Source: Tubulanus polymorphus (lineage: Eukaryota; Animalia; Nemertea). From it: a stretch of DNA of 64,000 nucleotides. Under the pieces are notes generated by a model. The model was not told the origin of the DNA and did no database searches. It saw only the letters and a program-made list of their open reading frames with translations. The stretch lies in the NCBI RefSeq assembly GCF_964204645.1, contig NC_134027.1:14540485-14604484 (forward strand). The letters are read 5' to 3'. Shown piece by piece: positions 38,905 to 51,162 of the stretch. The first letter of the stretch is position 1; the number at the start of each line of letters is the position of its first letter. A program made the position numbers and the translations under genes.

Positions 38905-39310
38905 GGGCAAAACCGCGCATTCAGGCCCGGTTTGGATCAATGCGCATGCGCTAATCATAATTATATATTCATTCTATAAATTCTGTAAAATAGAAACAAC
39001 ACATGCGTTACATGCGTCACATGCGGCCATTGATGCCCGGTTTTGCTTAATGCACATGTTTTAATCATAATTATATATTCTTTCTGTAAATAGAAACAAC
39101 TGAACACATAAGATATCAAAACGTGTTCGCATTAGGCAAGACCGGGCATTCAGGCCCGGTTTGGATCAATGCGCATGCGCTAATCATAATTATATATTCA
39201 TTATGTAAATAGAAACAACCGACATGAAATATCAAAACACATGTGCACTAGGCAAGACCGGGCATTCAAGCCCGGTTTGGATCAATGCGCATGCGCTAAT
39301 CAGAATAGAA
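38905..39310. repeat. Four ~110-bp imperfect repeats containing accgggcattcaggcccggt hairpins and tgcgcatgcgc
   Basis: Units near 38912, 39023, 39140 and 39257. Confidence 0.8.
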
Positions 39311-40047
39311 ACGACTGAACATAAAAATTCACCAAACAGATTTACACAATACATTATACAAGTTGTTCAGTCGTTTCTTCCAATACATCATTTGATTTCT
39401 ATAAATACAATTTATAATTACAAGCATTTTTTCAATTGCTGGTAAATATTTAACTACATCAACAAATGTTAAACTTAATCATTGGAGTCTTAATGTTTTT
39501 GAAATTCTTATATAGTTTCTTCGTCGATCTTTTGGCGATTCTTGTGTTTCTTGTGCTAATTTCTATTGGTTCGATATCCATTGCTGTTGATTCCTCAGTC
39601 AGAAAGAGTATCTTGAGTTTCTCTATCGCTTCTTGATGCGTATGACGTTTTATTAATCTAAAAGATATTAGCGGTAACTCTAGCTATCTAAAAGATATAC
39701 TAAATACACTTAAATATATCTAAAGGTTTCATATTTAATAGCCCCAATAACTACAAAAAACAGTACTTACATTTAGATTTAGAATTGTAAACTATAAACT
39801 CCTAATTGCGTTTCGAGAGAGAATATCCTGAGCGTAATGTTACAGCGCCTGTTCATTTCCTGCCACGTCATCTGGTTCCGGCACACCTTTCTCGAATTTT
39901 CTCTACACGTTTGCATATGTCTCATATGTCTCGGCGTCATAGTAACAGCTGTAACAGCTGTGAATTCATAGATTTATTCAATAGCTCTTTACATGGAATG
40001 TATATAGGCTCAAATAGAATCATGTTCTAGTATAAACAGCTATGTAC

Positions 40048-40603
40048 TATATCATGTATTATTTCAATCACACTTTACTAACACTTTTAATGTTTAAAAA
40101 TCTAACTCACACAAATATGAATATTGAAATAATGTTGTAAATATATACTTTTATATTGAATAATCTGTCAATTTAAATGTTATTCATGTATATGATTATT
40201 TTAAGAGTAATAGGGGTAATGGGCTTTCAGGTTAAAGGTTGAATGGTCGAGTTCATTAAAAACAAATATTAAAAGTAATTTAAAACTATAATATATTTTC
40301 ATAACCGTGTGTATTTCAGTTGAATAATAGAATAATTATTATTACTAAAATATATTTGATTATATGAATTTGTGTATTGTAAATAAATCAATTGGTCGCG
40401 GAGCGGAGCGGTAGCGAAGTGGAATTATTACAATATGCTTTTTAAATTTAAATTATTGATATCTTAGAATAAATATTTAGTTATAATATAAAATGCACAC
40501 GGTTATGAAAATATATTATAGTTTTAAATTACTTTTATTTTTTTTTTATTTAATGAGCTCGACCGTTCGACCTTTGGCTTGAAAGCCCATTACCCCTATT
40601 ACT
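40048..40603 (-). repeat. Polinton right TIR with terminal palindrome 40206-40603 (small deletion at the hairpin centre)
   Basis: Reverse complement of 22552-23119; lacks gcgaccaattg near 40424. Confidence 0.95.
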
Positions 40604-40844
40604 GGTGTGAATGATAGTAAATATTGTGAATTAGAGAGTCCGTCAGTCGGTATGGAGCCGAGACGAGATAATATAGATATAAGTAAAGTTTTGTTACACA
40701 CCACGGATACAGGTTTTCCTAGGGATAGTGTTGAAACGATTTCTAGTGAATGTAGAATATTGAAAGATGATGGTTTAAATGAGAAACGAAGTTTGCTTAC
40801 AGAAAATAAAAGAGTTAAATTTGAATTTGCTTAAGCAAAACTGA

Positions 40845-41781
40845 TGTTATACAATGTAGGTGCTCCTCTTGACAGAGTAAGAATCGATATCTTAGGTCCG
40901 TTACCTGAGTCCAGATCTGGTAATAGCTATATTGTGGGGGTTTGTGACTATTTCAGAAGCCTACCCTATTCCTAACCAAGAAGCCGAAACCGTGGCCGAC
41001 AAGCTTGTTTCAAATTTCATTAGTAGATTTTGTGTCCCTAGATCCTTGCATTCGGATCGCGGACAAAACTTTCTTTCCAAGTTGATGACAGAGTTATGTG
41101 CCATTTTGTCTTGTCGAGAGATTTAACAAGACGTTAGCTCAGAGTTTGAGAACTCGTGTCAATGAGAAAAAGGATGATTGGGATGAGTACTTACATTTCA
41201 TTACTATGGCTTTTTGAGCTACAGTTCATGAGGTGATCGGATTCTCACCCAATTTTCTCATGTTCGGACGTGAAGTCGATATGCCCGTGGACCTTATGGC
41301 AAACCAGGTGGCTTTTCCGTATACTCAGTATGTAGATGAAATGAAGCGCGAGATGGAATCAGCATTTGAGGTTGTCCAAATTAATATAGGAAAGAGGGGA
41401 AAGAGAAATAAACGGAACTACGACTTACTTAGAACTGGGGGGAAATACGGTGTCGGGGATCAGGTATGGCTATTCGGTCCTGCTGTAGCGATCGGCTGTA
41501 GAAGAAAGCTTTCGTCTTTCTGGAAGGGTCCATTCACCGTCATCGAAGTAATTAATGACGTGGTATACAGGCTGTCAGTTCAAGGAAAGTCTGTGACGGC
41601 TCATTTTGGCCGTCTTAAGCCATATCTTGCTAGTAATATTTGTCCACCGGAAATAAGAGATGATGAAATTACTGAGAGTAAATCAAGAAATTCCGACTTA
41701 CCTCAGTCAGTGTGTGATTCATCGAGTCCTGTAGTAACACGTTCGGGACGTCACATTAAGCGACCCTCTCGTTTCAATTGA
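40845..41781 (+). pseudogene. int: Gypsy integrase (core and GPF domain)
   Basis: VGAPLDRVRIDILGPLPESRSGN.YI, AYPIPNQEAETVA, LHSDRGQNF.S, FSPNFLMFGREV, KLSSFWKGPFTV, H..RLKPY, TRSGR. Confidence 0.92.
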
Positions 41782-42138
41782 GATCCCTTTGTGGAATGTT
41801 TGTAGGGGTTGATTCTAGGGGTCAGTTTGATACATGTATATTGATAAGCCGCGTTAATCATTTGAAAGTGTATATATAATTGTAAGTGGTCGTATAAATT
41901 TCCTGCTGTGGTTTCTTATCTTTTCTTGCGTTAGTATCGTGATATTTCATCTCTTTATCGAGATGTATTTTCCCTCCTTCCCTGAAAAGAGGTCTAAAAC
42001 TATTCTTCACCCTCAATCTTTTTCCTGGCTAGATGCCAGCCCATAATCGCACCGAGGGGTGTGTTCATTCGCGGGTGAAGTTACTTTAGCTAATGTTAAT
42101 CCACTTTGTTTTCTGTTTTCCATTTATTTTTAGCAAAA

Positions 42139-42954
42139 ATGGACTCGAAAGGAAGATGGACGTGCCTCGACTGCGGGTTGGATTTCAGTGCCGCCTATCG
42201 TAGATCAAGACACACGATATCGTGTTCATGGAACCTGTTCGGCCGAAAATCCTACCCTGCCGGCACTGTATTTTCGTGTAAGTTGTGCGAGTTCAGCAAC
42301 CCAAAGGTGACTCGCGTGATCACCCACATTTCGAAGTCGCGTCGAGAACAGGTTCGCCGAAATAACAACACGTATGTTTGATTAGTGCGTTCCTGCGTAC
42401 CTGAGGAAGCACCTCGGGTCATCTTCCCGGGTCTTCCAACTGCAAATTTCGTCTCAGAAGTCGGGCTGAACGAGACCGTGGAAACCATCACGTCGGAACC
42501 TCCGCAGGGATTCCAATTTCTTCCGCCGCCGCCTCCACCGGCGTATGTTCATCTTCCACCACCAAGTTCACCGCCTCCGTCTATTGCGACACCAACGCTG
42601 TACGACTGTTTGGACATTCCGCTGCCTGAGGAACCCGTTATGGAGTGCAGCTTCGATGTCACAACTGAGGTCGTTTTAGAAGGCACCGAAGAACCTATTA
42701 ACTTGTCGTTGTTAACGCGTACGTAAACGCCCGTCCCCGAGGACGCGGTCACCGCGGAAACCACTGCCGCCGTAGTGGTTGAATCTACTGTTCCGGCATT
42801 TTCGAAGGAGCCATCCGACGAGGAACGACCGGCCGCTGATATGAATGGTCCCAGCTCCGTCCGACACCTACACGAGTTTCGTGGACACCGCATCGAGATC
42901 TGCGTGCCGGTTGGAGTCCCGTTGGACTGTCCGCTGTGTCGGTTAATTGAATAA
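42139..42954 (+). pseudogene. Gypsy-1 extra ORF: two N-terminal CxxC/His zinc-finger-like motifs, proline-rich linker, C-terminal CPLC
   Basis: One reading frame from ATG 42139 to TAA 42954 with in-frame stops at 42379 and 42724; branch point, polypyrimidine tract and AG (42132-42133) just upstream. Confidence 0.7.
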
Positions 42955-43010
42955 TATTAAAGTTTATAAAATTACGTACTTTGTTTTATCCGAAGCGTTT
43001 CGCCTTTTCT

Positions 43011-43032
43011 GAGCTGGGCTGGTGGGGGGCTT
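43011..43032 (+). promoter_or_regulatory. Polypurine tract
   Basis: G-rich gagctgggctggtggggggc immediately before the 3' LTR. Confidence 0.65.
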
Positions 43033-44943
43033 TGTAGCGGAAATACGTTTCACTTCGTTTTGTTCTTTTTATTTTCCAGCTGCAGAGTCCTCCCCAGTTC
43101 TTCGTCGACAGCAGTGTGTCTAAAATTCATATTAAATTCATATTAAATGTTTGTATGATGTAAAATAAACCTTATAACGTATTTGTAATTCTGAGACAAG
43201 AATGTTAAATGCTATGGACTAAGGTCTGGCGGATTAGAAACTATTTTATTTCTATCTTAATGAAATATTTTATGATTTAGTTTGAATTCAAAAACTGTAC
43301 CTGAAGACCTCTTCTATGTGTTCGGGTCACTTCAGAATTTATGTGCTTTAGTCGATATTTCCGGGCTCTAAACGATATGTTTCCGTGATTTAATCAATGT
43401 TTCTGCGCTGTGCTCGGTGCTTGAGGTGGCGCCACTATACGGTTCTTAATTATATTGTGTGCTCGGGGTGCCTTTTTTAGCCAATTAGATTTGTTTTACG
43501 TCATAATTCGTGCCTTATAAAAAGGCACATAGGTGTTTAATTAAAGAGTCTCGGTGCATCTTCCTATTTGTATTACTAAGATTTCGAACTATGGGGGGAG
43601 GGATTAATCTGATATTCTTAGTAAGTCATACTTAGCACTGATTCTCTTTAGCTGAATATTCCTTGGTCCTTATTCTCAAAGTTGTGTTTCTGCCAAAATG
43701 TCTTCGGAAAACATTCTTTCAGGGTTCGTAAGGAGGTTTTCTCCTTCGAATTATTCCCGAAAGTATTCTTTTTTTCCGATTTCTTTTCTTGGTTTTTCCC
43801 TCAACTTTTGAGTTTTGGATAAATGACAACTCTTACATAAATATTTTAAAAAATACTTTACTGGAACCGGGGAGGTATTGTGGAAATTTTTATCTTTGCT
43901 AGGAGCACTAGTTTCATTTCTTGTCATAAAAGGAGCACAGGTTTAAATCAAATATCCTTGAGTCTTACCTTTAGACTCCTGAAGACTTTATTCTCCTCTT
44001 AGAATGTTGTAAATAAGAGAAAACCTCGAGGTTTTGTATATATTGTTTATTGTTTGAATATTTCCAAGAGATAATAAATGGTATCCAAGAGAATATTGTC
44101 ATATACATTAAATTCTAAATCTTTGCCTTTTTCCCTAAACTATATTTGTGGTGTCGGATTTACTGTCATTTTAGTAAAGGAATTTTAGCGTGTGCATTTT
44201 TGGATTCTGTGACACCATAAAATGTTCTTGGAGAATCTTGTGGGTTGAAGAGTTTTTGGGCATCATGTAAGTCTTCCTAAAGGGGAAGCATTGAGGGCAC
44301 CCTCTAGTGGGAGAGGCCAAATATTGGTGAATGCTCCTCGTTTTATTTAGTTGGTATCTATTATTCTTTTTTTGAAGCTAGACGCCTGATCAGGTCGGCT
44401 GTGGAGGCCGGAAATACTTGTAGCGCTGGACGTAGTCCTGTATTTCCTCCTCAGTCGGAGGGAAAGCTAGGGGATTTTTATTCTATTTGACTTATTCATG
44501 ATTCTCCTATTAATTCTTTTGGGCAGTTTTTCATGCATGCACACGCTTTTTCATGGTTGATTTGTGAGGACATTCAGTCACCCGTGTTACCATATCACTG
44601 AGAATTAGGACTCCTTAAAGTATTCTCACTCACTAGAGGCTTGACCTATATTTTATGCTAAATCTCATGGAGAAAAATCAGAGTATTTTTCCCTTCTAGA
44701 TTCTCTACCTCCCAGATGCTAGTGACGTGAGCGAACCCTAGGAGCGACGCCTATATGCAATTTTTTTAAATGTATAGGATTATGGGAAGAGAGAGAGAGA
44801 GTTACCTGTATTCCCTCTTGGTCGAGGAAATTCCGAGAGTTGAGACCTGAGACTTGACATAATGAATTTTTACGGAAACGGAAGTAGAATTCTTGTAGTC
44901 ACTTGCCAGAGGATGCTACCCCGAATCCCGGTATTCCGCTTCA
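43033..44943 (+). repeat. Gypsy-1 3' LTR (~1.91 kb)
   Basis: Direct repeat of 16587-18475 with scattered substitutions and indels. Confidence 0.95.
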
Positions 44944-46324
44944 TCCGGACCAGTTGGTGGGAACATTGGTTTTGAAAAAAGAGGTAGATTGCAAGATGAT
45001 AAAAAACTCACTGGGTAACACTGGTGAACAGGTGAACTCCGCGAGCAAGACAACGTGCAGGCGACCGCGCGCCCCGCGGCAGGGCCTTTTAATTTTTGCT
45101 TTTGCCAGTTTTGGAGTCCAGTTATTGCCACCACGGCCACGTTACCGCCACTCAACTCACATAGTCGCTAGGCCTACTGTACTGCCACTACTTTACTTGC
45201 TACTTACTCGGCTAATTTTCTTCATCACTCTTTCTCCCCACCAAATTTTAACAAGTAATTTCTGGGCATGCCATTGCCATGCCTGGGTATATGCCTGTAC
45301 ACAGTCACCACCTAGGCCTTAAATATTCCAACAACCATTCCAAATCCAGCAACAAAAAATAAACAATACATTTTAGGCCTCGAATCAGAATGGTAGTTCC
45401 CTGTATTCAAAATCAATGAAAATGTATTTCTTCTTGCAGATAGATAACCAATTTCCAAGTACTTTTCATTCATGTATTCATATAGCCTTACTGTTCAATC
45501 CTGGCTCTGGCCACTGAGAGTGTATGCATAAGGGCCTGGTCCCAGTTTCACTGAGCTAGCTAGCCAGCAAATAAGCTGAGACATTTTGTTAAGTGGCAAT
45601 TCAGGGGCAGATCCAAGGAGAGGGCACAGGGGTGCACACCCCTTAAAACTTTTAAGTTGCCCTGGTATTTAAAGGGAAATGAAAAAATATCAACAGGTAT
45701 TTCTAAAAAGCTTATATTCAAAAACATGTTCTCTGTACTTCCAAAATATAGGTATTATGTTTTCTGATGATCTGGTGCCCTTTTGATTTTTAATTAGGCC
45801 TATATATGATACTGGTACGTATGCCCTATTTTGGGGTGCACCCCTCCCTGAATCAGTCTGCCTGCAATTTTAAGAGGATGTTTATAGATAATTTGATTTA
45901 GAAGAATCTTTTTAATTTAGTGCCTGATGTTAGGCCTACCACAGCCTGGTACAGGTGGTTTAGGCGAACAAGTCTTCATGCTGCAGTACTTTAAGGTGAT
46001 GGTAGAACTGGCCCTTGTATATGCATAGGCCAACTGTGTGTGCACGCTCATTTGTATGTTTATTCAATTAGAATACCTATGTAACTACCAAATGAGCACC
46101 GCTTCAGAGGATTTTAGAAATTTTCACTTCAATAACACTGTGTTCTATTTTTGGGTTCTAGCTACTATTATGCACAATTTTTTCAATCAATTCTATCACA
46201 TTGATATACATATATGTTTCACTTCTTTAGCATATAGTAACCAGTGTGCTCGCTAACACCTCCCTGTGACATTGGCCAGAGACTGACCATGAAGTTACAA
46301 CCTAGAAATAATCTTTTTTTGTAG

Positions 46325-47060
46325 TGTATTGGTCTCGTAGCAGACAGCATTTTTAAGTATGCTGGGCTAGATGGTGTAGGCCTATTTGAATGGACAAGGA
46401 TCGTGTGCCCCGGAGGAACCATTGAAACATTGATGGAAGGTAATTTCTCGGTTCAGTTCTGATTTATATTGTTCATTTTCATTGGGTTACTGATTAGTTG
46501 TATATTACAGAATTGAAAAAGGTGAAGATGCTGAATGTTGAACAACTAATTGTGCATGTTGGAACAAATAATATGACGCGTGATGTCCTGCTTGAGATTG
46601 TTCTGCAAAGACACGTTGACTTAATTCGATTGTTGCACTATGAAAGTACTGGGACCATCATTGTACCAGCTCTTTTTCCTCGATGTGATGAGTAAGTATC
46701 AAGAATAGATTTTTCTTGAAGTACTATATTTATGATCGATGTATTGATTTTTAAATTTCTTTCTTTTTTAAAGTTTCGATGCTGACACGAAGATATTACA
46801 TTACAATGAAATGCTGCACCGCGACTGGTTTACACTGGGTGTAAAGTTTGTTGATTTTCACTTCTCAAGAGTTCACCGTAAGTAATCGTTTAATTTTAAT
46901 AAGCCCAGTAGGTTATTTGCATTCTTTCGCGATTTAAACTAACTTGTTTTTTTCTAACTTTTGCGATCTAGGACTGACTTGTTACACCCCAGCCGTAAGG
47001 GAAATCAGTTCATCAATGACAGGATAATGGAACTACTGCTATTGAAAAATGAAGATCAAA
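46325..47060 (+). CDS. SGNH/GDSL hydrolase-like domain in four short exons (~46325-46439, 46511-46691, 46774-46877, ~46972-47060)
   Basis: Block I LVADSI, block II PGG, block III VHVGTNN, block V DLLHP in order; first three exons splice in frame, last junction unresolved. Confidence 0.65.
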
Positions 47061-48439
47061 TGTACGTAGAATTGCATTATTTTATTCAATTACCAGGTAT
47101 ACAAACTACATAAATCTAATGATTACTGGAAATAATGAATTATTCTTAATCAGGTGCCCTCAATACTTTCCATGTTAGATAGAAAAGATGAGAAAAAGTA
47201 GAGCAGTCCATCGACGAAAGGTAATCATTTAGCATTGATATCCTTGAAAATGAATGATTTGCAATCGGTTTTTATTATTTGAATACGAAACCGCTTCATT
47301 CAAAATCCTTGCATTGAATTAATGAATCATATTGATAGCTGATAGCGAAAAACAAGTTGAAGAATGATCAAGCAAGAGCATGGGATGATTCAACAATAGT
47401 GGTAAAGTTGTTTTCCTAAGTGTGAATTGCACATGATTTATCTTCAAAGTTAGATACATTTTAACATTTTTTTGTATCCTACAATCCAGTATAGCAGTGT
47501 TGACGTTGCGCATCATACAAGGAAACAATTCTGTTGTGAAGATCAAAGAGCCCTTTTCACATTCGACCAGGTACATATCATCTCAAGAACTTATGATTTA
47601 ATATTAGTTTGAACACTTTTATTTCACAATTACCTAAAGGCTTTGCATGCATAAATCTGTCTTTTTTCCAGTACATGACTAACATTGATGTGGCTGGTGT
47701 TGCTATTTGTTTAAAGCCTAAATTATTAACTCCTTTTTATCAGACTAAGAACGTGAGTAATATGTTTCTCGAAATGAAATTATAGAAATTCATTGGTATT
47801 GGTATAATTTATCCTGTAAAGCTTTCTTTTTATATTCAGGGATGCTACAATTGAAGTTGTCACAATACTAAAAGATTTAACAGAAAAAGGAAGTCACTGG
47901 AACATGTAAGTTTGATGCCGTTTCTGCGAGACGCGGGTTCATTTTTGTCATTTTTGCTTAGATGTTGAAGCAAAAACGATTAATGTGCTCTTCCACATTA
48001 GGTTATTCATCGACAGACGGATCCTTCTGACTCAAAATGTTTTTGCGAAGTTGAAGTCACGACCTGGAAAGTTCTTTAAGACCATGTTGGTATAAACCAC
48101 ATTGAGATGTAAGTACAATATAATTCAATTATTTTAGCACCTACAAATGCAAATGACTTAATGCAAATGACTCAGAGATAGCACATGTTTTTTTATGTTA
48201 GGCCTATATGGGTAATTTCATACTCCATCTATTGATATGTCTAAAAAGAAGGTGAGTTGATAAAGCGTATTTCAGGCGGACAATGGAGGAAGAAGGAAAG
48301 GAAGGAACGAAAGAGGAAGAAGAAAAGATACAGGAAGATAGTTCGAAAGAAAAGATAGAAAGATTAAAGGAAGAAGAAAAGATGCAGGAAGATAGATGGA
48401 TGGAAAACAAAAAACAGCTAAGTATCACCGGTTCCTGAA

Positions 48440-48560
48440 CTTCGCTGAAAAAGCTGAAACACTGAAAAGCTGAAACGCTGAAATAAAAATGCTGAAATTT
48501 CAGGGAATTTCCGAAAAACGCCGAAATTTCAGGGAGTTCCCGAAAAACGCTGAAATCGTG
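48440..48560. repeat. Short gctgaaa / gaaatttcaggga repeats
   Basis: Repeated (c)gctgaaa units and a duplicated gaaatttcaggga..ccgaaaaacgc. Confidence 0.5.
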
Positions 48561-50120
48561 CTAGGTACCGACAATACACGTTTTGAAATTCTTTCAGGGC
48601 CGGTGTCCGCTGCCGAGTCCTGAACCGTGTTTTAGTCTCTACCTTCGGTTACAGAGACATGCCTTGAGGTCGTCGTCATGTTCGACTTGATCGATTGCGG
48701 ATGCTAAAACCGTTAAGTTTCCCAAGTCTCCGTTTCTACCTAACGCATGCGCATTAGTCAGTGCTGGAATTGCTCTTAGTCGCGAAATCGGCACATTGCG
48801 CATGCGGTACTACATGTGAACTGCACGTGAACTTTAATGGCTAATAGTCGCTGTAGTTTCCATTAGGCTCGAATCCCGTAAAAATATTGATCTTATTTAC
48901 GCTGTTCATCTTTAAGCGGCGCTATCAGGTTCGAAACCCGAAAATTAATGATCGTATTTCAAGCGTTACGACATGAACTTTGATGATTAAAGTGTCGCTG
49001 GGTTATTGTTTGCCAAGGAAAAAGTTACAGCATCCCGAATATGAAACAATGAACTTTGATAGACTCAGGATTTACTTTTAAGTGCTATTAGGTTCGAATC
49101 CCGAATGTGTAGCAGAAAAATACATTCATCCTTTTTAATATACCGATATATATCTTAGATTTTCAGCTTATGGCAAGACCACTTGAACACCTGTCATTCC
49201 AAAAACTACAAATGATCCTCTTAAGTGACCATACAAACTGCGCCTTCCCGCTGCGCATAAGTTCACGCAAGTTCAGTCCGTTAGAGTTCTATGTTTCAGC
49301 GTTCTGAAATGACCCAGTTTAGGAAAAAATACACATGTAGCGACGCATGCGCACGCGACCAGTTTCTAGACTTAGAGGATTTCCCCAACACTTCCTAATG
49401 CGCATGCGTTATAAACAGAGACTTGGGCAACTTTACGGTTTTTGCATTGCGGATTGCGTGGATTGTTAGATGTGTTTTTTGTTTTATGCGCATATACCGG
49501 TACGATCTAACAATGAAATTATCACTTCATTTGAATAAATTCTTAATTACAGTAATATTAATTCTCAATATTTTTTCTTATGTTTGGTGATTTCTTGCAA
49601 CTTATCATTGCCAATTCTCATACAAAAGTAGTAGCTGAATGAAGGTACAGCTAGTTAGGCTGAACCTGATAACCCAAATTAAGTGCTAGCATGGAACTTA
49701 TGACTACTTTGATTCTATTTCGGTGTGAATAAAGGTTCAACCGTCATAGTATACTGTACTTAGCATTACTACGATTGGGTGCCATATTTCTACAATCTCT
49801 ACAAGAAAGGAGTATTGAAGTGTCTTTCGTTCCCGGGTAGGCATCCTCGCTTGCCAGGAGACCAGTATCGCTCCCAAACTCGCTTCCACCAGCCCCCTGG
49901 CCTCACGACGCGCGATTTCATTACCGGCGCTTTTGAGCATGACGTCATATATCAACACGCGACAATACTTCCCCTTCGCTACGTGTTCGCTGATTGGCCC
50001 ATTTACCTGGAAATTCCACAGATGCCCAATGTCATTTGTAACAAGCGCTGTGATTGGCCCGACCTGATTCTGGTCGGCTAGTAACGACTCGTGAGGTCAA
50101 GCGGTTCGGAGAACAGCTTT

Positions 50121-50792
50121 AGTGTAGTAGAACAACCACAAACTATCAATATTACAAATTACACCGGCGTTATAAATATATACTACAAGAAGTGTTCTAA
50201 ATGTGAAATAGATAAATTAGCTATAACAGAATTTAATAATAAGCGTAAGATTAGCAAAGATGGTTTTCAATATTGCTGTAAAACTTGTACTAAACTATAT
50301 ACCAAACAATATCGAGAAGATAATAGAGAAGCTTACAATGATTATATGACAGAATATATGAGAGGAAGATATCAAACAGATCTTAATTTTAGATTAAAAC
50401 AATGCTTAAGATCTAGATTAACACAATTATTCAACAAAGAAACACATTCAGAAACATTATCTAATTTGTTGGGTTGTTCAGATGAATTTCTCAAATCATG
50501 GATAATATATCAATTCGATGATAAAATGAATATAGATAATTATGTTGAATACTTTCATATTGATCACGTGTTGCCGATTTCTAAATTTGACATGAATGAT
50601 GAATACAATAAAAAACTTATTTGGAATTGGAAGAATCTAAGACCTTTAGAAAAGAAGGAAAACATAATTAAATCTAATAAACTAGATTTACAGTTATATT
50701 TAGATCAACTGGATAAAGCAAAGACATTTGTTGAATTATGGAATAGTATTTCACAGAATCAACCGCATTCTGAGGTTTTAATCAGTGGTTAG
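50121..50792 (+). CDS. HNH endonuclease with zinc ribbon (first codons lost at the junction)
   Basis: Uninterrupted frame EQPQTINIT...KKCSKC...FHIDHVLPISKF...NLRPL. Confidence 0.85.
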   Translation, partial: SVVEQPQTINITNYTGVINIYYKKCSKCEIDKLAITEFNNKRKISKDGFQYCCKTCTKLYTKQYREDNREAYNDYMTEYMRGRYQTDLNFRLKQCLRSRLTQLFNKETHSETLSNLLGCSDEFLKSWIIYQFDDKMNIDNYVEYFHIDHVLPISKFDMNDEYNKKLIWNWKNLRPLEKKENIIKSNKLDLQLYLDQLDKAKTFVELWNSISQNQPHSEVLISG

Positions 50793-51162
50793 AAAGCTGG
50801 CAATTCTATTTGAGCTTTGTATGTATATAATACATAGCTTTTGCTTACTACTAAAACATATGTTGCCAAATATATCTTGTTTTCAATTCTAAAGAATTAA
50901 TTAACTTTATCATAAAGGAACATCTGTTACAATCCAGGCAAATATGTGCAGAAATAATTAGTTTGGTCGAACGTGCGCCACGTCGGCAGTTAGAAATCAA
51001 CTTTCACATACATAGTACGTATTGGATATTCTCTCTCAAAACACAGTTTACAGTTCTAAATCTAAATGTAAGTACCGTTTTTTTGTAGTTATTATGAAGT
51101 AGGGAAACCTTTAAACATATTTAAGTACAGTAATTCATTTTCACGACATCTTTTAGATTAAA

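Larger units (their letters stand above)
22552..40603 (+). mobile_element. Full-length Polinton/Maverick (adintovirus-like endogenous virus), 18,052 bp
   Basis: AG...CT termini, long TIRs, 6-bp TSD GGTGTG (22546-22551 and 40604-40609), pPolB, RVE integrase, ATPase and capsid genes; markedly more AT-rich than the flanks. Confidence 0.97.
16587..44943 (+). mobile_element. Ty3/Gypsy LTR retrotransposon (Gypsy-1), RT/RNase H largely deleted, hosting nested insertions
   Basis: Paired LTRs tgtagcgg...ccgcttca, 4-bp TSD TCCG (16583-16586, 44944-44947), PBS, gag, protease, integrase, PPT. Confidence 0.95.

Noticed and set aside
22552-40603. Bacterial prophage or contaminant
   Set aside because: pPolB plus RVE integrase, 6-bp TSD and insertion in a Gypsy element identify a eukaryotic Polinton
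42106-42954. env gene
   Set aside because: No signal peptide, furin site or TM anchor; zinc-finger and proline-rich instead
50091-50120. N-terminus of the 233-aa HNH ORF, and agtgtagtag as a Polinton terminus
   Set aside because: Flanking non-Polinton sequence fused in frame; it does not match this family's TIR
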